Of a DNA stretch of 25,249 nt, positions 1 through 7,779 are shown one piece after another. The position numbers were made by a program, and so were the translations under genes. This stretch comes from Fimbriimonadales bacterium. GTDB lineage: Bacteria; Armatimonadota; Fimbriimonadia; Fimbriimonadales; GBS-DC. The notes under the pieces were generated by a model. The model had not been told where the DNA came from and did not search any database. It was given only the letters and a program-made list of their open reading frames with translations. Location: positions 1-25,249 of the forward strand of contig JANXCK010000239.1 of assembly GCA_025060055.1 (NCBI GenBank), written 5' to 3'. How positions within the stretch are numbered: position 1 is the first letter of the stretch; each line of letters opens with the position of its first letter.

Positions 1-2
1 TC

Positions 3-122
3 GCTTATTGGTTCTCTGATAAAATTGTCCTCGCTATGTATGGTGCAAGACAGGTAACCGAAGCTGAGGCACCGAGGTTATATTCAATGGTTCGTCGTCT
101 TGCGACTAAAGCAGGCTTATAA
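3..122 (+). pseudogene. htpX: Internal fragment of an HtpX-like M48 zinc protease, cut off by TAA at 120-122
   Basis: Frame +3 reads [39 protein letters not shown], matching the conserved HtpX segment that normally continues PMPKVY..PNAFATG. Hand count gives 54/120 = 45% GC, clearly lower than the adjacent GC-rich DNA. Confidence 0.72.
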
Positions 123-715
123 AACTCCAGCACGCGCTCCACGATTTGCTCCAGCGGCTCGTCCTCGCGCTCCATCATCCACTCCATCAGCGAGAGCCGA
201 TAGAGGCGAATCGCGTGGTGCGCTAACTCCTCCGCTGAGACATCGGTGCGGAACTCGCCCGTGCGTTGCCCCGCCTCGAACCCCGCGCGGGCATGCTGCG
301 TCGCTTCTTTGGTAATCTCCAGCATCTGCTCGCGCAGCACGGGGCTGTGGCAGCAGGCGACCATCATGGAGCGCGTTATCTGAATTGAGCGGGCGTCGCG
401 CCGCGCGATAAACAGCATCACCTGTCGCAACACCTCCCACTGGCTCGGCGCGTTTTCAGGCTGCAGCGCGTCCAGAAACTCGTACACCTCGTCCGTCATA
501 TCGCGGATGTAGGCGTGCAGGAGGTGTTCTTTGGTAGGGAAGTAGGTGAAGAAAGTGCCCTTCGCGACATCGGCAAGCTCGGTGATTTCCTCGACGGTGA
601 CCTGCTCGAAGGGCTTTTCGTGCATCAACGCGAGCGCCGCCTCGATGAGCCGCTGGCGGGTCTCCTCCCGACGGCGCTCGCGTCGATTCGCGTACTGCCG
701 CGTCTGCGTATTCAT
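5..715 (-). CDS. TetR/AcrR-family transcriptional regulator (C-terminal ~38 aa are antisense to the htpX fragment and may not be native)
   Basis: [47 protein letters not shown] is a TetR HTH. The ATG at 715 has AAGGA 7 nt upstream; alternative starts lie at 730 and 742. Confidence 0.92.
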   Translation of the reverse strand: MNTQTRQYANRRERRREETRQRLIEAALALMHEKPFEQVTVEEITELADVAKGTFFTYFPTKEHLLHAYIRDMTDEVYEFLDALQPENAPSQWEVLRQVMLFIARRDARSIQITRSMMVACCHSPVLREQMLEITKEATQHARAGFEAGQRTGEFRTDVSAEELAHHAIRLYRLSLMEWMMEREDEPLEQIVERVLEFYKPALVARRRTIEYNLGASASVTCLAPYIARTILSENQ

Positions 716-752
716 AGTGCGTTCCTTCATAGAGCATGCCAATAGCCCGTTC

Positions 753-800
753 TAACCAGCGGTCAGAGATGACCGCTGGTCAAGATTATACCATGGGTCA
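753..800. promoter_or_regulatory. Three tandem TGACC-N3-GGTCA-type boxes, probable TetR operators
   Basis: TAACCAGCGGTCA (753-765), perfect palindrome TGACCGCTGGTCA (770-782) and ATACCATGGGTCA (788-800), spaced 17-18 bp and overlapping the tetR -10 and transcription start region. Confidence 0.65.
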
Positions 801-814
801 GAGCGGAATGTCAA
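785..814 (-). promoter_or_regulatory. Consensus sigma70 promoter of the TetR gene
   Basis: Minus strand reads TTGACA (814-809), 18 nt, TATAAT (790-785), with an extended TG motif. Confidence 0.85.
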
Positions 815-822
815 GAGGATCA

Positions 823-920
823 GAGGGTGTTTGAGAAATGCTTGCATGCAACACGGCTGAGGTCGTTGCTGTGTAGCCCGCGCAGGCGGGTTTCGTTTGC
901 ATAAGAACGGCTTCAGCTGT
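823..920. repeat. Family A branched palindrome (internally deleted copy) behind a shell-E left end
   Basis: GAGGGTGTTTGAGAAATG, then ACGGCTGAGGTCGTTGCTGTG-TAGCCCGCGCAGGCGGG...AACGGCTTCAGCTGT. Homologous to 19421-19546 but lacks the GCCGAC hairpin. Confidence 0.75.
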
Positions 921-973
921 CAACATCGGCTACAAAATCTTCCCCTGTTATTGGCTTTGGCTCGCCTTCAAGC

Positions 974-1096
974 TTATACTAATCGGGGTTTCAAGTAGCG
1001 CAGTCGTCGGCGAGGACGCCGACGCTACGGGGAGCGCGTGCGTAGCGTCCGCGTCTCGCTGACGAACTGGGTCGCTTGGGACGCCGATTGGTATTA
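974..1096. mobile_element. MITE-like shell D, copy 1 (117 bp, 977-1093), carrying two inverted GTAG REP hairpins
   Basis: Left TIR TACTAATCGGGGTTTCAAG (977-995); right TIR CTTGGGACGCCGATTGGTA (1075-1093); flanked by TTA (974-976) and TTA (1094-1096). REP units at 1005-1028 and 1042-1064. Confidence 0.75.
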
Positions 1097-1117
1097 AACG
1101 GAGCAACCCTGAGGGGG

Positions 1118-1123
1118 TATAAT
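1118..1123 (+). promoter_or_regulatory. -10 box (TATAAT), 8 nt before the folK ATG; probable leaderless or near-leaderless start
   Basis: GGGGTATAATCCCTGTGC-ATG, with no Shine-Dalgarno between the box and the start codon. Confidence 0.65.
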
Positions 1124-1131
1124 CCCTGTGC

Positions 1132-1647
1132 ATGGCGACGAAGGTTTACCTGAGCCTCGGCTCGAATTTGGGCGATCGGCTGGCAAACTTGCGGGAGGGT
1201 CTACGCCGCCTTTCCTTGCACGGAGTGGTTCCTCTGCAGATTTCACGAGTGTACGAGACCGCACCTGTGGGAGAAACTCCCGACCCGCGTCCGTATCTGA
1301 ATGTAGGCATATGGGCAGTGACCGAGCTGTCTCCCGATGCGCTGCTGAACACCGTGAAGACCGTCGAGGCGGAGCTGGGGCGCGTTCACAACGAAGGGCG
1401 CTGGATGCCTCGAACCCTCGACATCGATATCATCCTATATGACAACCTGACGATGGACACGCCGACACTGACGATTCCGCATCCGCGCATGCGCGAGCGC
1501 GCTTTTGTTCTCATCCCGTTGGCGGAGCTGACACCCCATCTCGTGTTGCCCGACGGAACGCCCGTGCAGGAACTTCTGCGCAACCCGCAAACCCAAGCAC
1601 AGGAGGTACGAATCTACCATGCCGACCTATCGGTACCAAGCGATTGA
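1132..1647 (+). CDS. folK: 2-amino-4-hydroxy-6-hydroxymethyldihydropteridine diphosphokinase (HPPK)
   Basis: YLSLGSNLGDR, YETAPVG, PRTLDIDIILY and LTIPHPRMRERAFVLIPL are HPPK signature motifs. Confidence 0.97.
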   Translation: MATKVYLSLGSNLGDRLANLREGLRRLSLHGVVPLQISRVYETAPVGETPDPRPYLNVGIWAVTELSPDALLNTVKTVEAELGRVHNEGRWMPRTLDIDIILYDNLTMDTPTLTIPHPRMRERAFVLIPLAELTPHLVLPDGTPVQELLRNPQTQAQEVRIYHADLSVPSD

Positions 1648-2935
1648 CTCGACAGGTCGGAGCGTTGCGGGTGAGATTACCGCATCCGATGTGCGGAATG
1701 CGCAGCAGCTGCTTCGTCAACGGGGCTTGATTGCCACGCACTTGAGCACGGTCAATCCTTCCACTTCTGGAACGCCTCGCCCACCCCTCGGACAAGATAT
1801 TCGAGCCACTGGAGGCGCGCGTCCTCAGCCCGCGCCGCGCTCACGCGCGTCTGCCCGAACAACAGGCACTTGGGAGCGCACGCGCGTCTCGCCCCATCAG
1901 ATGGTGGTATGGCTGATTCAGTTGCGCTCGATGCTCAAAGCGGGGATGACGCCTGCAAATGCATTCGAGAGCCTAAGCGGACGCATACCACATCGCGGGC
2001 TTCAGCACGCCAGTCGTGAAATCGCGCGTAGCGCCGCGCAGGGTATCCCGATTTCCGAGTCGATGCAACGATTTCCTGAGCTGTTTCCGAGTTTTGTTGT
2101 GGGCGCGTTTCGCGCGGCGGAGTACGGAGGTTACCTACCTGAGATGCTGGAACGCCTGATTGTCTACTTTGAGCAGTGGCGGATAGTGCGCCGCTGGTCG
2201 GTTCTAACGCAAGGCTGCTTGTGGCACGCAGTGCTGCTGCTACCGCTGATTGCGCCGTTCGGGGTTGGACTGTTGTGGGGGCTGCAGCGATTTGAAGGCG
2301 GTGGTACAGCGGACGCGCTGCGTGCGATTGCAGGTGGCGTGGGGCAGGCGTTCTTGCGCTACGGCTTACCGATGGCGTTGGCTTTCGTTGCGCTGCTGCT
2401 ACTGGGCTACTTGCTATTAGGCAACGAGCGCATTCGGGCACGCCTGCGCCTGAGCGGCTCAGGGTTTTTGTCATACGCGGACTGGATTCGCGCCCAGTCG
2501 CTGGAACAGTATCTGTTCCATCTGAGCCGCCTCACGCAGGCGGGCGTTGCACCTGCAACGGCACACGCACTTGCCGCAAGCGCAGTTCCCAACCGCGTGC
2601 TGGCGGAATCCTTGCTGGCAGTCGATCTGGGACGCGCGGAAGGCGCAAAACACCTCGACCTTGCGCTGGAGCGGTCAGGGCTGTTCCCGATAGAGGAGGT
2701 TATGTTGGCACGCACAGGCGTGCAGACAGGCGAGTTGCCTGCTACGCTCCAGACCCTCGCCGCGTGGTACAAAGAACGCGCCGATACCAACCTGCGGCAG
2801 CTCCCACGCGCGTTTGCACGACTGGTGTTTTTTATCAGCCTCGTCGCAGTGGGAATTGCCGCGATTAGTCTGGCTTGGGGCTATTACAGGAATGTCTTCC
2901 ACGCTGTGGAGCGATTTATGGGCGTTGGAGAGTGA
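1619..2935 (+). CDS. Type II secretion system F / PilC-family inner-membrane platform protein
   Basis: N-terminus MPTYRYQAIDSTGRSVAGEI; two GspF repeats (QLRSMLKAGM..GAFRAAEYGGYLPEML; GVQTGELPATLQTLAAWY) separated by hydrophobic helices. Overlaps folK by 29 nt. Confidence 0.88.
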   Translation: MPTYRYQAIDSTGRSVAGEITASDVRNAQQLLRQRGLIATHLSTVNPSTSGTPRPPLGQDIRATGGARPQPAPRSRASARTTGTWERTRVSPHQMVVWLIQLRSMLKAGMTPANAFESLSGRIPHRGLQHASREIARSAAQGIPISESMQRFPELFPSFVVGAFRAAEYGGYLPEMLERLIVYFEQWRIVRRWSVLTQGCLWHAVLLLPLIAPFGVGLLWGLQRFEGGGTADALRAIAGGVGQAFLRYGLPMALAFVALLLLGYLLLGNERIRARLRLSGSGFLSYADWIRAQSLEQYLFHLSRLTQAGVAPATAHALAASAVPNRVLAESLLAVDLGRAEGAKHLDLALERSGLFPIEEVMLARTGVQTGELPATLQTLAAWYKERADTNLRQLPRAFARLVFFISLVAVGIAAISLAWGYYRNVFHAVERFMGVGE

Positions 2936-3007
2936 TAAGCCCTTCGAATAGGTGCGACGGCATTCTTGCCATCGCACCTTACGGAGTCTGCGTGTTTGGA
3001 GATGATC

Positions 3008-3167
3008 TAATACCCATCGGGGGTTCAAGCGATACAGTGTTCTGAACGGCTGAAGCCGTTCCTGCGCAGGCCAAGCCGACCTCCGTCGGTTGTAACCCGC
3101 GTAGGCGGGCTTTGTTTGCACAGGAACGGCTTGAGCCGTGTTTTACCTGACACCCCAATCGGTATAA
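3008..3167. mobile_element. MITE-like shell D, copy 2 (154 bp, 3011-3164), carrying a family A palindrome (3045-3140)
   Basis: Left TIR TACCCATCGGGGGTTCAAG; right TIR CCTGACACCCCAATCGGTA; flanked by TAA (3008-3010) and TAA (3165-3167). Confidence 0.78.
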
Positions 3168-3201
3168 CAAGTGACTCACAGGTGAAATTATCTTTTTTTT
3201 C

Positions 3202-3264
3202 AGGGCGCGCACGGGGGCGCGCCCCTACTCAGACTCGGTAGGGGCAGCCCCCTGTGGCTGCCCT
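3202..3264. repeat. REPIN-like doublet of GTAGGGGC REP hairpins
   Basis: AGGGCGCGCACGGGGGCGCGCCCCTAC, 9-nt spacer, GTAGGGGCAGCCCCCTGTGGCTGCCCT: two inverted hairpins, each starting with GTAG on its own strand. Confidence 0.75.
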
Positions 3265-3329
3265 GTAAAAGGAGACGATTTTATATTGGAAGCACTCAAG
3301 TCCCTCAAAGGTCAAAGGCTCCCTTTTTG

Positions 3330-3415
3330 ACCCTCACCCCCAACCCCTCTCCCACGAGGAGAGGGGAGCCGAGTTCCCCCTCGCCCTCTGGGAGAGGGGG
3401 TCAGGGGGTGAGGGT
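3330..3415. repeat. Family C C-rich/G-rich palindrome (CCCTCACCCCC...GGGGGTGAGGG)
   Basis: Self-complementary ends and internal CCCTCTCC/GGAGAGGG stems. Its reverse complement aligns closely with 12069-12160. Confidence 0.8.
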
Positions 3416-3450
3416 GGGAGAACGAGACGATTTAATCGTTGAGGCACTTA

Positions 3451-4752
3451 TTACCCCGCCAGCGACGGCTCGCCCACCACCACGGTTGCGAACCGTTCTG
3501 GCTGCAAATAGCGCGCCGCTGCTTGTTGCACCGCATCCGCCGTTAGCGACTCCAGCATCTCAGGATACCGACGCCAGTAGTCCATCGGCAGCCCGTACAG
3601 CACCACCTGCTTATACAAATCCGCCAGCGAGCCGAGCGTGAGGCGACCAATCATATGGCGTCCGATGAGGTAGTTGCGTGTGGCGTCCAGCTCGTCGGCG
3701 GGGATTGGCTCGTGTATCAGGCGTTCCACCTCGGCGCAAATTTGGCGGACGGCGTCGTGCGTATTCTCGGTGGCGGTTTGCGCCTCGGCAGTAAACGCGC
3801 TGACGCGCAGATAGTAATCCAAGTGTGCGCCGACGCTGTAGGCGTAGCCGTACTGCTCGCGCACGGTCAGGAACAGGCGGGAACTCGCGCCTGCGCCCAA
3901 GATGCTCACTGCCATCTGCAGCGCGAGGCTGTCGGGCGCAGTGCGCGGCGGGCACAGTGCGCCCAGCATAATCTGGCTCTGCACCGAGTGCGGACGCTCC
4001 ACCAGTCGCCAGCCCGTCTCGGCGTTCTGCATCGGCGGCGCGGGAAGCGGCTCCTGCTCCGCCGTGCCGTGCCAGTCGCCCAGTGCGTCCTGCAGCAACT
4101 TGAGTGCAGCGTTCGGCTCGAAGTCGCCCACCAGCAGCAGCGTGGCGTCCTGCGGGCGATAGCGTTCGGCGTGGAACGCCTGCAGATGCTCTTGCTGCCA
4201 GCGTTGCAGGACGTCCTCGTCGGGCGCGAGCCGACGATACGGATGCTCGCCAAACAGCGCGATTCGGAACCGCTCCTCCGCCAGAAACGCGGGCTGCGAG
4301 CGTTGCAGGCGCAGTCGTTGCAAAGTGTTGGCGCGGTCAATCTCCAGCTCGTCGGGCGGGAAGGTGGGATTTAGCAGCACATCGGCAATCAGGCGCGTCA
4401 TCGGCTCCAGATAGGGCGCGAGGCAGCGTGCGCTCAGGGTTGCCGTCTCGGTGTTCGCGCTGACGCTGATGTAGCCCCCGCAGCGGTCGGCTTCATCGGC
4501 GATTTCGAAGCTGCTGCGCGTGGGCGTGCCGCCGATTAGCAGTCGCGCCGTCGCGCCCGACAGCCCTATCCACTCAGGGGCGTCGTACGCGCGCCCTGCG
4601 TAGGGCAGAACCAGCCGAAACTCCACCACAGGCGCGCGGGTGTCGGGCAGCATCAGCAGGCGCAAGCCGTTGGGCAACAGCGTCGCGTCGGGCAGGGGCA
4701 ACTCCGACGGGCGCATCGGCACATCGGGCGGCGGCACAGAGCGCGTTATCAT
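3451..4752 (-). CDS. M16 (insulinase/pitrilysin-like) peptidase, non-catalytic subunit lacking HXXEH
   Basis: LPNGLRLLM, GLSGATARLL in place of HXXEH, LGAGASSRLFLTVREQYGYAYSVGA. Lies next to an HXXEH-containing M16 gene. Confidence 0.88.
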   Translation of the reverse strand: MITRSVPPPDVPMRPSELPLPDATLLPNGLRLLMLPDTRAPVVEFRLVLPYAGRAYDAPEWIGLSGATARLLIGGTPTRSSFEIADEADRCGGYISVSANTETATLSARCLAPYLEPMTRLIADVLLNPTFPPDELEIDRANTLQRLRLQRSQPAFLAEERFRIALFGEHPYRRLAPDEDVLQRWQQEHLQAFHAERYRPQDATLLLVGDFEPNAALKLLQDALGDWHGTAEQEPLPAPPMQNAETGWRLVERPHSVQSQIMLGALCPPRTAPDSLALQMAVSILGAGASSRLFLTVREQYGYAYSVGAHLDYYLRVSAFTAEAQTATENTHDAVRQICAEVERLIHEPIPADELDATRNYLIGRHMIGRLTLGSLADLYKQVVLYGLPMDYWRRYPEMLESLTADAVQQAAARYLQPERFATVVVGEPSLAG

Positions 4753-4759
4753 AGGCGAG

Positions 4760-4765
4760 AGTATA
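4760..4765 (-). promoter_or_regulatory. -10 box (TATACT), 7 nt before the M16 non-catalytic subunit ATG
   Basis: Minus strand reads GTAGGTATACTCTCGCCT-ATG, with no SD. Confidence 0.6.
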
Positions 4766-4766
4766 C

Positions 4767-5321
4767 CTACTCAAACAGTTCGCCCACGCGCACTTCGAAG
4801 TTGGGCAGCAGCTCGCCCCCCGTCAGCACATCGTTTTCGTGCAGCACCTCCACCTCCAGCGGCGCAGTGTAGCGATACGCCTGCTTGCGCTCTGGAAACA
4901 GCAACCACACCTGCTGCGCCCCCGACTCAAAGTACTCCAACACCTTCTGATACAGGTCGTTCAGGTTCTCTGAGGGGGAAACAATCTCCACTGCCAGGTC
5001 TGGTGCGCCGTCGATAAGATCCACAGGTGGCTCGCCCTGTGGCAGGCGAGTTTTTTGCATCAGCGCGAAGTCGGGGCTGCGAATGTTGCCCCCCGCTATC
5101 CGAAACCCCGTGCTGGAGTCGAAGCCCTCAAGAGATTCGGGCGCACTGTTGCCGATTCTACGCGCCAATCTATAGCCGATTCTGCCGTGTCTTCCACCTG
5201 TGGGCACGGTTTGTAGCCTCCCGTTGACCAGTTCATACTTGCGCCCGTCATCAGGCAGCTGCAGCAGGTCGTGTTCGGTGTAGCGGCGTTTGCGTTTGGG
5301 CTGCTCGCGTACCGTCGCCAT
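4767..5321 (-). CDS. Uma2/DUF820-family putative PD-(D/E)XK endonuclease
   Basis: YELVNG, GGRHGRI, IRSPDFAL, APDLAVEIVSPSE and KVLEYFESGAQQVWLL are typical Uma2 motifs. Start MATVREQ has AGGTGA upstream; the ORF-track extension to 5408 is repeat-derived. Confidence 0.9.
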   Translation of the reverse strand: MATVREQPKRKRRYTEHDLLQLPDDGRKYELVNGRLQTVPTGGRHGRIGYRLARRIGNSAPESLEGFDSSTGFRIAGGNIRSPDFALMQKTRLPQGEPPVDLIDGAPDLAVEIVSPSENLNDLYQKVLEYFESGAQQVWLLFPERKQAYRYTAPLEVEVLHENDVLTGGELLPNFEVRVGELFE

Positions 5322-5339
5322 CAGTCTCACCTGTGGGGA

Positions 5340-5348
5340 AGTGTACCA
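5340..5348 (-). promoter_or_regulatory. Possible extended -10 (TG-G-TACACT) for the Uma2 gene
   Basis: Minus strand reads CATGGTACACT about 20 nt upstream of the ATG at 5321. Confidence 0.4.
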
Positions 5349-5365
5349 TGCATGCTTCAAGCGTT

Positions 5366-5523
5366 GCACGGGCGAGACGCCCGTGCCACAAAGGGGGGGC
5401 ACGGACAAGACTGTCCGTGCTACCTTGACACGGGCGGGACGCCCGTGCTACGCGCATAGGTGGCACGGACAAGACTGTCCGTGCTACGCGCATAGGGGGC
5501 ACGGACAAGACTGTCCGTGCTAT
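5366..5523. repeat. Family B REP cluster, five hairpins, including a 36-bp tandem duplication
   Basis: GCACGGGCGAGACGCCCGTGCCAC, three copies of GGCACGGACAAGACTGTCCGTGCTA and ACACGGGCGGGACGCCCGTGCTAC. Period 36 between 5445, 5481 and 5517. Confidence 0.88.
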
Positions 5524-6800
5524 GATGTGCCTGCGTGAATGTGCATCACGGTTCGGTTGCGCGGGGTGTACAGATACTGCTGCACAGCGCGTTGCACATC
5601 AGCGGGGGTGATGGCGAGCAGGCGTTCCAGCGCGCGGTTTAGCCCGTCGGGGTCGCCCTCAAAAGCGGCGAAGTACGCCAGCCCCAACGCGCGCCCCAGC
5701 GGGCTTTGCATGCCGTAGTACAAGTTGTCGCTCCAGCGTTGCGCCAGCAGCATTGTGCGCACGCGCTCCAGCTCGCGCTCCGAGACGCCCGCGTCGGCAA
5801 GTTTCTGGATCTCCTCGTACAGCACGGCTTCCACTTGCGCGGGTTCCACATGCGGATGGTGCAAGATGAACAGTCGGAACAGGCTGGGCGCGGGACGCGC
5901 CTCCACCCCACCCGATACGCTGACCGCGATTTGCTCCTGTTTCACCAGTCGCTGGTAGAGTCGCGAGGCGCGCCCGTCCACCAGCAGGTCGCCCGCGATT
6001 TGCAGCGCATCGTTTTCCAGCGTACCGCGTGGGGGGATTTTCCAGCATACGGCGACGGCGGGCACTTGCGCCAGCGGGTCATGAAATACCTCGCGCCGCT
6101 CGTCGCGGTCAGGCTCCGACACATCCACTGCGGGCGGGGCGGGCTGCGACGGGATGTCAGCGAAATACTGCTCGATCCAATCGCGTGCTGTCGCCGCGTC
6201 GTAGTCGCCTGTCACCACCAAAATCGCGTTGTTGGGCGCGTAGTAGGTGCGGAAGAACGCCTGCACATCCGCCAGCGTCGCGTTGTCCAGATCCTCCATC
6301 GAGCCGATAACCGAGTGCTGATTGGCGAAGTTGTCGTAGGCGATTTCGCGCAGGCGTTCCATCGCGCGGGCGTAGGGCTGATTGTCCACGCTGAGCCGTC
6401 GCTCCTCTTTCACGACGGCGCGCTGGTTGTCTAAGTTTTCCTGCGACACCTGCAGCGAGCGCATCCGATCCGATTCGAGCCACAAGCCCAGTGGCAGCTT
6501 GGATGCGGGCAGCAGCTCAAAGTAAACCGTCATGTCGTACGAGGTGAAACCGTTCAGCACGCCCCCGTTCGATTCCACATACTTGAAGTGCATTTCGCGT
6601 GGCACATTTTCGGAGCCTTGAAACATCATATGCTCGAACAGATGGGCGAAGCCTGTTTTGCCGCGCGGCTCGTTGACTGAGCCGACCTTGTACAGCACCA
6701 GCACTGCCACCGTGGGCGCGACTGTGTGGGACGACAAGATGACTTGCAAGCCGTTCGGCAGGGTGTAGGTTTCGTACTCGATGCGCGTGGGCGTATGCAT
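5520..6800 (-). CDS. M16 peptidase, catalytic zinc-binding subunit
   Basis: YTLPNGLQVIL, YKVGSVNEPRGKTGFAHLFEHMMFQGS (HXXEH), AVVKEERR and FFRTYYAPNNAILVVTGD. Confidence 0.95.
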   Translation of the reverse strand: MHTPTRIEYETYTLPNGLQVILSSHTVAPTVAVLVLYKVGSVNEPRGKTGFAHLFEHMMFQGSENVPREMHFKYVESNGGVLNGFTSYDMTVYFELLPASKLPLGLWLESDRMRSLQVSQENLDNQRAVVKEERRLSVDNQPYARAMERLREIAYDNFANQHSVIGSMEDLDNATLADVQAFFRTYYAPNNAILVVTGDYDAATARDWIEQYFADIPSQPAPPAVDVSEPDRDERREVFHDPLAQVPAVAVCWKIPPRGTLENDALQIAGDLLVDGRASRLYQRLVKQEQIAVSVSGGVEARPAPSLFRLFILHHPHVEPAQVEAVLYEEIQKLADAGVSERELERVRTMLLAQRWSDNLYYGMQSPLGRALGLAYFAAFEGDPDGLNRALERLLAITPADVQRAVQQYLYTPRNRTVMHIHAGTS

Positions 6801-6806
6801 AATGAA

Positions 6807-6812
6807 AGTATA
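6807..6812 (-). promoter_or_regulatory. -10 box (TATACT), 6 nt before the M16 catalytic subunit ATG
   Basis: Minus strand reads AAGGTATACTTTCATT-ATG, with no SD. Confidence 0.65.
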
Positions 6813-6861
6813 CCTTGTGGGAGAGGGGCTTGGTTTCTCTCAGGGAATGTTCGCGTTGTCG

Positions 6862-6885
6862 AAGCCCCGCCTTTCGGCGGGGCTT
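6862..6885 (-). terminator. GC-rich hairpin downstream of the prepilin-like gene; probable terminator
   Basis: AAGCCCCGCC-GAAA-GGCGGGGCTT: perfect 10-bp stem with a GNRA loop, 9 nt after the stop at 6895. The U-tract is weak. Confidence 0.6.
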
Positions 6886-6894
6886 ACGAGTTGA

Positions 6895-7707
6895 CTAATT
6901 GCCTGTGCAGTTGCCGTCGCGTTGGGCTTGACTGGGGCGGTTCGGGCAGTTGCGACACGGTGTGCCGTTAGCACGGCGCGACGCCACACCCCACAGGCTC
7001 AGATCGTTCAGGTACGGACCCTGTTCGCCGACACGGTAGAGGCGGACTGTGCGACCGTCCCAAGCGGTGGTTGTGCTACCCGCGCCTTCCAGCAAGCGTC
7101 CTTTCACCGTGCGGGCGTGTCCGTCCACGAAGTTCGCCCCCGCAAGGCTGTTATGACGCGCTTGCAAAAACGAGTTGAACTGGGGCGGTCCACCTAAGGT
7201 GCCGTCGTACAGCATCGAGGTCTCCACGGGATACTCTATCTGCGCTAAGGTCATCGGGGGGTTCGCTTGATTGCGCAGCGGAGGCATAAAGCCGTCCTCG
7301 AACACGCACCAGTTGAAAATGTAGCCAACATACCGAAAGTTGGGCAACGGACATACCGACGCTCCCGCAGACTGAAAGCTACCTACGAGGTCAAGCCCTT
7401 GGCGATCGGAAGGGCAGATGACGACATCCGTGTTCTTGATGTAGGGGGAGATGGCATGGTAGAGGGTGAAGACACAGGGCTGGTTATTGTTGTTCACGCT
7501 GGCGTACATGCTGAACGGGAACTTCTCCTCGTAGTCTTGTACATACTGCAGCACGCCGAGCGCAATCTGCTTCATGTTGTTGGTGCACTGGGTCTGGCGC
7601 GCTTTCTCGCGCGCTTGCGCAAACACAGGGAACAGTATCGCCGCCAGAATTGCGATTATGGCGATCACCACCAGCAACTCAATCAGTGTGAAGCCTTCTC
7701 GTCTCAT
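6895..7707 (-). CDS. Prepilin-type N-terminal cleavage/methylation protein with DUF1559 and H-X9-DG motif
   Basis: [51 protein letters not shown], and [13 protein letters not shown] (H-X9-DG). Start at 7707 inferred from the leader peptide; the ORF track starts at 7761. Confidence 0.92.
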   Translation of the reverse strand: MRREGFTLIELLVVIAIIAILAAILFPVFAQAREKARQTQCTNNMKQIALGVLQYVQDYEEKFPFSMYASVNNNNQPCVFTLYHAISPYIKNTDVVICPSDRQGLDLVGSFQSAGASVCPLPNFRYVGYIFNWCVFEDGFMPPLRNQANPPMTLAQIEYPVETSMLYDGTLGGPPQFNSFLQARHNSLAGANFVDGHARTVKGRLLEGAGSTTTAWDGRTVRLYRVGEQGPYLNDLSLWGVASRRANGTPCRNCPNRPSQAQRDGNCTGN

Positions 7708-7779
7708 AGTGATTCGAACGATTCTAAGCGTGCGCCGCGATTCCTGCTGTAAATTCTGCAAGGAAATGAGGATATTTCG

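Noticed and set aside
3045-3140. Family A as a tRNA or known ncRNA because of its cloverleaf-like fold
   Set aside because: No T-loop or D-loop consensus, anticodon arm or CCA end. It is multicopy and embedded in TIR shells.
5322-5408. ORF-track N-terminal extension of the Uma2 gene
   Set aside because: It is translated REP/promoter sequence. A good SD and start exist at 5321.
5445-5523. 36-bp periodic repeat that resembles a mini CRISPR array
   Set aside because: The would-be spacers are nearly identical (GCGCATAGG(T/G)G) and short, the units are family B REPs found elsewhere, and there are no cas genes. It is a tandem duplication.
6855-6897. Hairpin plus GTCAAC resembling an IS200/IS605 (TnpB/IscB) end
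   Set aside because: There is no tnpA/tnpB/iscB or second end nearby. Its position just after a stop codon fits a terminator better.
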